The notes below the pieces were generated by a model, which searched no databases, had not been told where the DNA came from, and was given only the letters and a program-made list of their open reading frames with translations. From Vitrella brassicaformis CCMP3155 (taxonomy: Eukaryota > Protista > Chromerida), in the NCBI GenBank assembly GCA_001179505.1, contig CDMY01000478.1, positions 5,067 to 69,066 on the forward strand: a DNA stretch of 64,000 nt. Reading direction: 5' to 3'. The position numbers and the translations under genes are program-made. This document shows positions 1-11,581 of this stretch, one piece after another (position 1 is the stretch's first letter; each line of letters begins with the position of its first letter).

Positions 1-2300
1 AGTCGTCCCCCCATGCGGGGGGGGGCACGTAAATAAGGGAGAGCTTGATGGCCGGTGAGATGGGGTGCGACGAGAGGAAGCCCACCAGCCCTGAACCCGC
101 GGGAGCTGGGCTTGCCGGCTGCTGATCCGCCACGGTCAGAAAGTCGAAGAAGGTGACGATCTGTGCATATACGCCCACACATCAGTATGCATGCAGTGCG
201 CTGTCGGTGATGTGTGGTCTTTCTTGCCCAACGCACCTGCTGCTCCTGCTGTTGCTGCTGCTCCTGTCCGCTGCTCTGCAGTGTGGTCTCGGTGCTTGTT
301 GTGTCCTCCCCCGCCTGAGAAAGACAGGCAATAGGAACTGTGTCTGTGTGTCTGTGTGCCTGTGTGTCTGTGTGCCTGTGTGTCTGTGTGTCTGTCTTTA
401 TGCGTGTGTGGCTGACCTGGGCTGCCGATGCATGGCTATCGGGCGGCAGAAACACGGCTGCATCGCCCTCCGAGGCCTGCACCCAGCACATGCAGGACAC
501 AGGAACCATGAGAGAAGCAGCGGCCTGCAGGTGCCTTGTGAAAGGGACGCATTGGCCAATCATTCACGCACGTACCGATGGAGCGGAACCCGCACCTGCG
601 CCCTCAACCACACCCCCGCCACTCGACTGAACACGCACACCAACACACACAGATATTGAAGTCGTCCTGTTTGCGTGTTGTGCTGCGTGTCGCTCACCAT
701 GCTGTCATCAGTTCCCCCTGCCAGTTCCTTCGGCAACACGACGAATCTCCCCTTCAGCGCCGCTCATGTCCGCCACAGAGGAGCGACGCTGATACAAGAG
801 ATTGGACCTCTCTCTCGGCGAAGAAGAGAAGCACAGGAGGAAGCTCAAACAGCTGAAGCACGAAAAGACCTCCTCGGAAAGACCGATCGACAGTGGCTCG
901 CTTCTCCCTCCCGCATTTGGCGCATCATCTCTTCAAGGTGCGAGTGTGCTCCATCCACTACACCACCTACAACATAGAGGCAAGTCGAGAGGCAGAAGCA
1001 CGAGTGAGAGGGAGGGAAGAGATGATGGCGATGTTGAGAAGGGTGGAGGAGGACGTCTGTTCCTTCTGTGGGGTGTGTGGCCTCAGCTGAAGTCAAGGAC
1101 AACCGCCTCACACGGCCGTCCTCGTCGACAGCCCCTCCCTCCGTTCCACTATCCTACTTCGTCCCGCATCAAACCGCCCTACTCTTCTACCCCGTCCCTC
1201 GGACCGTGACGACGGCCTTATCAGTCCAGAGAGTGCCTCTGAGGCCGGCTGACCGATGGCACAGCGGCCAGACGGCCGCAGGCGAGTGAATTGCACTCTG
1301 GAGCTACCTAAGAAGAGGAGCCCCAGCAAGCAGCCATGGCAATGAGCGGCCTATCGTGACCCTTTCGTGGACTTACGTCTTCTGCTTTCAAGAAAGATTA
1401 CAATCTCGACTCTTCCCGCCAGGCGAGATGCGCGTCTCGTCGTGGGGGCCTCCTCCCCGGCCCGCGGCATGCATGCAGACGGAGAAAAGCTGCTCGCCGC
1501 TGGAGGCGTCGGATCTCTCACGGAATAGAGGATGGGCGAGCAACTGGGTGTTGATGAGGTATTCATTCCGGCACCGTCAGAGCGAGGAAGGTCAGGGAGG
1601 GCTGCACTATGCTTTTGGGAAGGCGGCGATCTATGGAGAAAACGCGCGCTTTTGTGACGAGGGACGCGCTTTCCTCCTTTCTCTCCTCTGGACAGTCTTA
1701 TGGAAGCCACGGGCGACAACAGATGTGACAATGTGTTTGGTGCTGAGGATGACTGTTGTGAAGCCGCCTGTCTGGGCTGGCGATCAGGACGGCATCTATT
1801 TTGGCAATGGGTGGTCGTTACGTTGATCGTTACTTGGCAACCGGTGGAGCTTCACCGCACCCGGCGGACGCCAAATCTGATCGAGGCTGCCCTTTAGGGT
1901 GGATGATGCCCTTTCGCGCGCCTTCCGGGTCAGAGAGGGCCGCACAAGAGCCTTGTTTGCTTGGCCAAGGCTGTTGACCAGCAGGCAAGTGAGAAAAACA
2001 CACAAACCAATGGACGCCTTTTCGTTGGCGTGCTGCTCACTTGACCGCTTTGTTGATGTGCGACAGGTCGACGTGGATGATATCACCAGGGTGTCGGTGA
2101 CGGTGGTGCGTGTCTTTTCACTTCCGCTGAGATGAAGCTATTGTTTGTTGGCGGCCACGACCACACTGTCGAAGCAGCGGTCGACACAAGCCTCTTCCCA
2201 GTGCGTTGTCGATCGTGCGTGGCAGCTGCTGGGGACAGGCACTGCAGAACAGATCGGGTGAGGAGCAGTCAGTCGACCTTCAGACAGGGGGGCGGTGTGG
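1..2300 (-). CDS. Multi-exon hypothetical protein, runs off the left edge; 5' extent uncertain
   Basis: Minus-strand coding-like segments flanked by GT/AG, e.g. exon ~1-160 (IVTFFDFLTVADQQPASPAPAGSGLVGFLSSHPISPAIKLSLIYVPPP), ~237-310 (EDTTSTETTLQSSGQEQQQQQEQQ), ~415-530, ~575-625, ~700-760 (ALKGRFVVLPKELAGGTDDSM). No recognisable domain. Confidence 0.45.
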
Positions 2301-3653
2301 CTGTCTAACACTGACACAGATGGCGAATTGGTGGCACTCGATCGGTAGAGGCAGGAGGGATGGTGCCCGGGTTGTTGTCGGCCTTCCAGCGGACAAGTAG
2401 TGAGTGTTTCGTGAAAAGACCTTCCAATTGGCCGTGCTGGGATATCAATTACTCTTCTGTGCTTCGGTCGTGCGATGATGCAAACCCATCCAAATCCATC
2501 GACTCACGCCACACACACCGGCGATGTCGGTCAACTGTCAGTCAATCAGGCTAGCCAGGCTAACTATCAGCTTCAGTTCACAGCGTGTCATACGTACGTA
2601 CGTACATGCGGCAGAGACAGCAAACTGGACTACTGCCTGTCTGTCGACGAGCTGCCGAGGACGACCGGCAACACACCACAAGATGCAACGCACAGATAGG
2701 GAGCCACCCATGGATGGCATCTGACATGCGTCCGCGTGTCTGCTGTCTTGTGTCTTGTGCTGTGCTGCGTGTGTGCGTGTGTGTCTCTCCCTCTCGTCTC
2801 TGGTCACTCCAGGTGAGTACATTTCGGTTCAAATTTTCCGAAGAAAACTCGGCTCTCGGCAGACGGCCGCTGCAAAGATTCCATCCTGTGTGCCACCAAG
2901 TGACCATGCAGCCCAGGAGGGTTGAGGCCTCCCGAGGGTGTTCTGCTTTCGGGAGGCCTCAACGATATCGCAGGCTGGGACGTCATTTAGACGCATCATC
3001 ACCACACAGCGTCACTCACCATAAATAGACAGACGCATTGACATGAATCGATCTCTACACCCCCTCCCCTCACCCTTTCCTCCCCGCCCCGCTGGCTGCT
3101 GATGCCGCTGCTTGATACTGAGCCAACGCACGTTGAACAAGGAAGAGAGCGCGAAGTAAGCAATGACCATGCAAACCCCAGGGCATCACAATGAGCGAGA
3201 TCCCACCAAAATACACCACACCATCCAGTCAATCCATACATGCGAACAAAACGGCAGACCTCCCCGTGTTGCTGCGGTTCGCTTTCCGTGTGTTGATCTC
3301 GGTAACTCATCCATCTGCTTACTGAGGCACTTGTGAGTGAGCGCCTCCGGCTATCTTGCACGCCCCTCACCATGCCCCTGTGCGTTGCCGTGGCAGTGAA
3401 GAGTATAGACAAGAGAGCTATATGCAACGGAAACCATTCCATTGAGTCCGGCCGTCCGTCGCTTCCTATCCACACACGCACACAGTGTGACACGAAGCGA
3501 CGCAGCCATCTGAGATGCACACACCATTTCATGTCATGCGCCCGACCCACCCTTATCTCTCTTGCCCGTCATAGCAACCATGTACGTATGTATAGCCTCC
3601 TTCTCTCCACCCCCCACCCAATCAGTCAGTGAGTCGGTCAGTCTGTCAGTCAG

Positions 3654-4441
3654 TCAACGAGTCGCCTCAGCCCTGTTGCTGCGTCCAATTCTGCCATCCG
3701 TCGCCCACGGCCACGCCCCTCTGGTGATCCGCCCAGCTGTGTTGCCCGTCGGCGGCATCGGGTGCATCAGGTACTGCGGTGGTTGGACTTGATTTGGCAT
3801 CACCATCCCTTGTGCTGGGGCTGGGTTTGGGGCGGGGAGCACCACGGCAGGGCCCGGTGGCCACGGCGGTTGCGGCATGGCAGCAGTGGGGTGAGGCGTG
3901 AAGGGCGGCGGGCAGATGTAGCTGGGTGTCTTAGGCCTCACTGAGGGTGCTAAGGAGGGCGGCGGGCGAAGGTGAGGGGCCTGGTATGGCACAGGGGAGG
4001 GTGAGAAGCCGGGAGCAGCAGCAGCCACCGGTGCCGCCACCTGAGGCACAAACCGATGCACACATCGACGACGAACGACATCTCCGGAAGCATCAAATAC
4101 GTCTTGATCCATCTGCTTACAGAAGCGATGTTGGCGACTCCAGAGCTACTGGTGGCCGATCCAGGCACACCCGATGTCGCGGCGATGGCTGCCGTGGCCG
4201 CGCCAACTTGCTGTCTGAAGCTGGGCGGTTCATCACACCTCTCGCCTCCACCTTCTTGGCCAGACACCTCGTCCACGGACGGCCGCACTGCACCGCCACT
4301 CTCACTTCCTGCACAGACACATGGAAGGCTCAGACAGCCCATCAACAGACAGACAGCCTTGTGCTCACCGGTGATGTGGTCGTTGGCGGCATTAATAGCG
4401 ATCTGGGCCTCTGACATGAGCAACTGCACGGGACTCTCCAT
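3654..4441 (-). CDS. Small three-exon Pro/Ala-rich hypothetical protein (may continue into further downstream exons)
   Basis: ATG at 4441 (MESPVQLLMSEAQIAINAANDHIT), donor gtgagc, then exon GSESGG...VANIAS|gtaagc, then Pro-rich exon VAAPVAAAAPGFSPSPVPYQAP... ending at TGA 3654. Confidence 0.4.
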
Positions 4442-7300
4442 GGCACATGAGAGCGAGTGAAAGTGACTGCATGGATGGACGAGGGAGCAATGCACACACA
4501 TCACTGACCTGCTGTATGTCGCGAGCTTTGAGCAGCAGACGATAGCCGAAGCAACCCTCCGCCGGCTTCCTCCTCAATGTGCCGAATGTCTTGCCGTGTC
4601 GCTGCTGCATCTCGCCTAACAACGCGTGGATTGGGTCTTCAGGGCCACCGATGCGGACCTCCGATGCCCCACGGAGTTCCAACTCGAACTGCTGCAGGTC
4701 TCGCAGACGGCACAAGGCCTTCACACCGGCTAGGACATCGGCAGCAGGATAGACGGTACGATCGGCAACTGTGTGGAAGCGGACAGATGTGATGAAGAAG
4801 AAGAAGAAGAAGAAGAGTGGCGCACTTGTTGTGTACCTGGCACAAACACTTCCGCGCTCTGTACTACGGGCAGGTGAGTCGGATCAGCAGACTCGAGGGC
4901 GCGGAAACTAGGTGGATCAAAGGAAAGTCGCAGCGTATTGAGCGTCCGCCCGCCGCCCATCGCCGTCAGCAACCCTGCTACATCAGCCTTGTCCACTACC
5001 ACCTCCTCCAGTGAGCTCATGCCGATCACCGCCGCCTTGGCCGCAGCCATGCCCTGATGGCCCCTGACCAACAGGTTCTTGACGCGGGGCAGAGACGCAG
5101 GGGGCAGTGGATTGGGGGCGGGGGGTGGAAGGCCAATGTCAAAACCCTCCAGACTCACGCTGCGTGGCACCCGGTCGCCGATCGATCTCAGCATGTCGAC
5201 GATGTCAGGTGCAGCAGACGTGATTTTCAGGTGAGTGAGTGCAGGCATCCGGCTCGTGAGATCCGCAGCTGCCTGGGGCCCCTGGAGACCGACGGGTCTT
5301 GCCCCCACAAACAGCCCTGTCGCATTGGGGAATGCCTGGGGGGAGAGGTGCTCGAGAGCGGGGATGTAGGGAGGAGGGGCGTCCTCGGGGATGTCCAGAT
5401 CCTCCGCCGCCAAGATCACCACCTTCTTCACCTTCTCGAATATGATGCTGGCTGCCGTCTGCTGCGCCCTCTTGGTGAGGGACCCCATCACTTCGCTGCT
5501 GCCGTCGATGATGGCCTGCGTGACCTCCAGTGTGATGGCGCCCCCCTTGCGGAGGGGGTCACCGAATGGGGCGATCGTCCCGGCTTCCTTCGCGATGGCC
5601 TGGAGGGGCTTGGTGAGAGAGGGTGTGTCGAGCAGTGCCGGATCGAGGAATGTGTTGAGGCAGCCCACAGGCTCGGACAGGCGGCAGTCGATGTCGACGG
5701 AGGGCGACGCGACTGCCTCGGCGAAGGCCTTGAGGGAAAGGAGCCAATGACGCTCCCCTTGTCGAACGTCTCCGGCCCGGAAAGGCACGGTGCTGCGAAC
5801 CCCGAGATGGCGGATGGACTGCTTGCATCCGCGAGAAACCAACAACCTCTGAGGAGGAGACCGACACAACACAATGATGTGTGAGCTCTGCGGCGCCTTC
5901 CCTCTGGTTGCCTGAAGTTCTTCGAAGTCCTCCCTGGGTCCCAGGAAAACCGTCGACAGGTGCTCGAGCCCCGCCAGTGGCCCCCTCTCCCCACTCTCGC
6001 CCCCAGGCATGTCGGCTAGGACATCGAGCGTCGCGTTGCGCCAAAGCCCACCCACGGCCAGCCGCTTCAGGGACCGAGACGTCTTGATCAGCTGCCGCAG
6101 AAAGTGGACGAAGTCGTCCGTCGCGAGCCTGAAGGTTCCTCCCGTGGTCACGACCTCCAGTTGAGGCATCACCCACCCCCGTTCGAGCATCTTGTGGGGT
6201 TCGAGCATCTCGTGATCTTCACGAACACGAAGACCGGTGATGCTCTTGAGGGACGGCAGCTGGAGACGGGGAGAGGGGCGGCTTAGATAATCATGATGCG
6301 GGGGCCGGGATGGATACACATGGCTGGCACGGCCGTCGGTCGGGCAGCTGAAGTGGATGGACTCGATGGAGCTCTCTCCCTCCCGCGCCACCCGGCGGCC
6401 CGCAGCATGGCCCTCCACAATGGCCGTCAATGTGTTCACGCACCATTCCGGATGGGTGTGTGGCTGCGCCACGTGAGCGGACGTCAGGCTGGTCAGCCGT
6501 CTGCCGAGCTTGAACGCTTCCTGTGTGGTGGTGCTGGCCCAGAACTGACACTCGCCGGGGGTGGATGCGTCGATGGTGATGTTTGTGTGCTGCCGGACGG
6601 CTCCATTGCGGACAAGGGAGCGGTGTGGGAAGAGGGCGGACAGCCCGCAAGGGGTCATGAAGCTTAACAGCGATGCCAACTCGTCATTGCCGAGACGGTC
6701 AACGGCCTGACAGGGAGAGGGAAAGCAACGATGAAGGGTGAACAGACCGGAGAAAGGGGTGGCATCCGTGTGCTGTGTGTAGGGTATGTGTACCTTCTTG
6801 CTGCCGTAGTGTGTTTCCTTGAGCGGCTTCCTTGAGCGGAGATAACGGAAGCCGTCACACACCTGCACTCAGACAGAATGGGCACATGAGTGGACCAACG
6901 AGGCAGTTAGCTTCTCGTACGTAAGCTCACCGCGTGTGGCGTCAGCTCTGTGGGTGGAATGGTCTTGGTCGGCACAGTGACTTTGAAGTCCTCCCCGCCG
7001 CCCACCTCCCGGAAGTACACCGTCCTCCCATCGATGCGGTAGACGTCCGCCTTGACCCACTCCTGCTCGCCTTCGTCACGCTTCTCCGTCACCACCCACA
7101 CACGACTGCCCTTCTGGTCACCACAGGGCCCACGGCATGGCGCCACCTGATGAAACGAACAAAGGAGGCAGACCTCAGCAACGAATGAGTCTGGGTGTCT
7201 GGGTGGCCCACATACATGCGGTGCTGGTGCCGCTGCTGCAGCTGGTGACGACGATGATGACTGTGCAGCTTGAGCCGCCATCACTGTCACCGAGGCTGAA
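4392..7300 (-). CDS. Lineage-specific (Vitrella-type) F-box-like/LRR-like family protein with an N-terminal SH3-like (myosin-N-type) module
   Basis: Exons ~7300-7180, 6931-7146, 6794-6862, 5912-6706, 4837-5848, <=4729. The 712-aa ORF 4730..6868 reads through in-frame introns. It shares motifs with the gene at 43154-45300: T.ITID, W+...L..G..LT.LT, WC+......+EGH.AGRR.A, GPLAGL, L.SRGC..S+..L. Both ends approximate. Confidence 0.75.
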
Positions 7301-9574
7301 GGCAAAGCACATGTGTGATGGTGTGATGGCAGCGGGTGTTGCTCACCAGGCGATGTGACGATGGGTAGGTGTAGGCCGCCTCCGTCTGGCCACTCATCTG
7401 TACGCGAGGGAGCCGGGGCGCCAGTTGAGGCGGGCGGACAAGGAGATGAGGTGACGCAATCGCATTTCCTCAAATCCTTTGCAGAATTGCACCTACCGAC
7501 CTGTTCTACGGTGCCCACTGGCCTCCTCTCTTTCGACAGCTACAGAATGTTTAGTATGGAGGCCGGATCGTGGAAGCTGAGCGAGCAACTTGAAGGAAGC
7601 CACACCCCGCGAGCAACACTATCCTTCCCTGGAAGCTGCTGCTCGGCAGCAAGCATCGATTCAGCAGCCGGCATCCATAGGAGCAGATGGGTTCGACCGG
7701 CAGGCGCATCGTCAGATGCTCAAGCCCCGCCAAGTGATTGATGTGTTCATCGAAAGTCCAGGTCGAGTCTGTTGGTCCAGGTCGATGTAATGAACTGCGT
7801 CAACATCGACCAACATGCCAGCACCATCCTCAGCGCCCGCCTGGCGCGTATCTTCTAGCGGCGCCGCCCACCCTGCACACACATACTCGCACTACGCGCC
7901 AACGCAACAGACAGACGAGCACGAACCCACCCCATCACCTGGCCGTACGACTTGCCTGCCCACGCAGCCCGAAAGTCCAGGTCGCCTTACATTCACACTG
8001 GGACGACAGTGCGCTGTCACCGGCAGCTATGAAGAATGAAGGACCACACACACACACACACGAGGGTAAAGGCCAAGAACACATATATAGAGAGCCAAGT
8101 TGTCACGCCAATACTCAAATGGCTGCCGCCGACGGCCGGGATGGGAAAAGGAGAGCGATGCCGAGTACAAAGGCGATCTTCATGGCGTGACGATGGCACA
8201 ATGTCATCTGTCATCTGGGGGGCGCGCAGGACACAAGCGATGAATGACGCTACCAAGTCAGTGCTGTCTGTCTGTCAGTGAGTCAGTGGGTGAGGTCAGC
8301 TACTCACTTATATCCACCCACCATAAACACACTGCATTCAGGTAAGGTAGGTGGTGTGTGAGTGGGATCAGATGAGTGTAGTGCATGGCCATTCAGACAG
8401 TCAGCCCGTCCGTGTGTGGTGTGTGTATGTGTGTGTGCCTACACATTAAAACACCTGGCTGGTGAAACAAACAGGAGGAAGTGTTCTCCTCTCTCGGTGC
8501 ACGCCTGGCTAGAACAGGTCAGGTCAGGTCAGGTCAGGGGGAAAAACAAAGACAGGAAAACTGCATGAAAAGTCATTCACAAATAAGTCAGTCACGCAAC
8601 CAGAAAGTACCCACCAGAAAGTGCCAATGTCTACACCGACACTCCGACATGATGGTGTGCTTACACACCATTGCCCCTCCCCGCAATCCACCCCCTCCTC
8701 ACGCTCGCACGCACTCGCCCAGAGGAAGTACCAGAAAGTATCTATCGTCTGTCAGAGAAGTGCCGTACGCATACACCCCGACACGCCCGCTCATCCTTTA
8801 TCAATCTCTGCCGGCCGAAAGAGCTCACAAGTGCGCAGACCGGCTGGCCCAGCGGCCCCATGCACCACACCCACAGTACACCGTCACAGACATGATGCAC
8901 GCCACCACGCTCCACTCTCTCCAAGGTGACCGGCCGGCGCGCCACAAACGGCGCTCACCCGACGGCTCCAGCTCGTCCAGCGACACAGACGGACGGGCGC
9001 GGGGAACCTTGGCAGCAGCCAGGGTGTAGCGGCCATACTGTCGTGACTCGGTGGTATGGCTCCGACGGGCCACTCGCCCTCTCCCTCGGCCAGACTGACT
9101 CACCGGTGTGTTAATTGGCCGCGCCATCTGGCATCACTCGGGCCCCCCCATCAAGGCGTTCAAGACCGCTCACTCACTGAGGAGTGTACGGCTTACTAAC
9201 CTGCAGACAGACAACAAACACACCGAGACATCCACACAGGTTGGGCCGTGTCTGTCTGTCTCAGTCGCGTGCGCCCATGCGTAGGCACTTACCCAGACGA
9301 GAAGGGCCCTTAGCCGACGGCCTGTGGTGGCCGGAGAAGGCAGGATGGCGTCATTGTGTCTGTCGATGGCCACGGTGCCGTGTTTGAAGATCTCGTAGCC
9401 CATCGATGGGGGCAAGGGGTTCTGCCTCTTGCCCGCTCTCGCGAGGGGCGCGGTAGGTCTGCACTGATGCAGCCGGTCGGCTGCGAATGGTGCGGCTGGG
9501 GAGGGGAGGTAGGTCGGCTGCTGAGTGTCTCGCTCGTAGTAGAGCTGGCCTTAGTGTGTGGGCTGCTGTGGCCG

Positions 9575-9702
9575 ACGGGTCTGCCGGATGGCCTCGCCCG
9601 TCAAGCGCCGAGTGACCAACGGGTCTGCCGGATGGCCTCGCCCGTCAAGCGCCGAGTGATCAACGGGTCTGCCGGATGGCCTCGCCCGTCGGTTGCCGAG
9701 TG
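9575..9702. repeat. Tandem repeat, ~3 x 44 bp (acgggtctgccggatggcctcgcccgtcaagcgccgagtgayca)
   Basis: Unit starts at 9575, 9619 and 9663. Units abut with no spacers. Confidence 0.9.
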
Positions 9703-9909
9703 AGAAGGAGGTTGGTCTTGAGGTCCTTGATGCCGTGGATCTCCCCAAGCAGCCTGAGGATGGCTGACACCCGCGGGTTGCGGCGGCCGAAGTCTTGCTC
9801 TCCTTGCACGCCTCCAGGATCTTGCACGCAAGCAGCAGCAGCAGGATCGTCAGAGTGCCGGTCTCGTGGGCGTGCACCAGCATCTCCCTGACGCTCATGT
9901 CCTTGGCCG

Positions 9910-11581
9910 CGCCAATATGGTGTGGCTGCGCGCTATGGTCAGCTGGCCCACGAAGGCACCCAGGTTCTTTCAAGAGCGACTGGCGGTAGGCGAAGGTCTC
10001 GTCGCCGGCGGCGTCGACGAAGCTGAGCATGGACGAGATGACTCTGTGTGTGGAAGATGACCCGATCCATGAGCTTCGGGTGGGCCTGGTAGCCGTCGCC
10101 GCCCGTGGTGAGCTTGTCGCAGGGCGTGCAGGTGGGTCTCCTTGGAGGCGCGCTTGCTGACGATGTAGAAGTCCAGCAGTGGGTACTGTACAGATCGTCG
10201 GTGATTACAGCAGAGGCAAAACGCGCCTGAGATATCTGCGATCGATCGATCGACCGACACACAGAGATCTCGATGGATGCCTTCCTTCTCCATTCATTTG
10301 TGTGTGTGTTGTGGGGCCAGCCACTGTCTGTCTGTGTGATCTACCTTCTGCTCGACATTGGCTATGGTGACGGTGTTGAATATCTGCACGAACTGGTCGC
10401 TGATGGGCGGTGGGGGCCCGATGATCTCCCGCATCAACTCCTGCTCATGCATCAGCATCTCCACGTTGCCAAGACCGGACCCTCCCATCGCACCAGCCGC
10501 CTGCTGCGCTTGGCTGCTGAGCCGTACCCGCACCGGGCATCAAACCGCCGGGACGTTTGGGGCGGGACTTTTTGGCAGACTGCAAAAGCCCTCCCNNNNN
10601 NNNNNNNNNNNNNNNNNNNNNNNNNNNNNNNNNNNNNNNNNNNNNNNNNNNNNNNNNNNNNNNNNNNNNNNNNNNNNNNNNNNNNNNNNNNNNNNNNNNN
10701 NNNNNNNNNNNNNNNNNNNNNNNNNNNNNNNNNNNNNNNNNNNNNNNNNNNNNNNNNNNNNNNNNNNNNNNNNNNNNNNNNNNNNNNNNNNNNNNNNNNN
10801 NNNNNNNNNNNNNNNNNNNNNNNNNNNNNNNNNNNNNNNNNNNNNNNNNNNNNNNNNNNNNNNNNNNNNNNNNNNNNNNNNNNNNNNNNNNNNNNCGCCA
10901 ATATGGTGTGGCTGCGCGCTATGGTCAGCTGGCCCACGAAGGCACCCAGGTTCTTTCAAGAGCGACTGGCGGTAGGCGAAGGTCTCGTCGCCGGCGGCGT
11001 CGACGAAGCTGAGCATGGACGAGATGACTCTGTGTGTGGAAGATGACCCGATCCATGAGCTTCGGGTGGGCCTGGTAGCCGTCGCCGCCCGTGGTGAGCT
11101 TGTCGCAGGGCGTGCAGGTGGGTCTCCTTGGAGGCGCGCTTGCTGACGATGTAGAAGTCCAGCAGTGGGTACTGTACAGATCGTCGGTGATTACAGCAGA
11201 GGCAAAACGCGCCTGAGATATCTGCGATCGATCGATCGACCGACACACAGAGATCTCGATGGATGCCTTCCTTCTCCATTCATTTGTGTGTGTGTTGTGG
11301 GGCCAGCCACTGTCTGTCTGTGTGACCTACCTTCTGCTCGACATTGGCTATGGTGACGGTGTTGAATATCTGCACGAACTGGTCGCTGATGGGCGGTGGG
11401 GGCCCGATGATCTCCCGCATCAACTCCTGCTCATGCATCAGCATCTCCACGTTGCCAAGACCGGACCCTCCCATCGCACCAGCCGCCTGCTGCGCTTGGC
11501 TGCTGAGCCGTACCCGCACCGGGCATCAAACCGCCGGGACGTTTGGGGCGGGACTTTTTGGCAGACTGCAAAAGCCCTCCC
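9910..11581. repeat. Near-identical ~686 bp direct duplication (9910-10595 / 10896-11581) on either side of an N gap
   Basis: Offset is 986 bp. I spotted one mismatch (gtgatctacc vs gtgacctacc). Confidence 0.9.
10596..10895. other. Assembly gap (300 N)
   Basis: Run of n characters. Confidence 0.99.

Noticed and set aside
9575-9702. 44-bp repeats as a CRISPR array
   Set aside because: The units abut with no unique spacers, there are no cas-like ORFs, and the context is eukaryotic.
9910-11581. Apparent tandem duplication of part of the CNOT1 fragment
   Set aside because: The copies are near-identical, flank a 300-N gap, and their offset (986 bp) equals copy length plus gap size. This is typical of unmerged overlapping contig ends or haplotypes, so I treat it as a likely assembly artefact.
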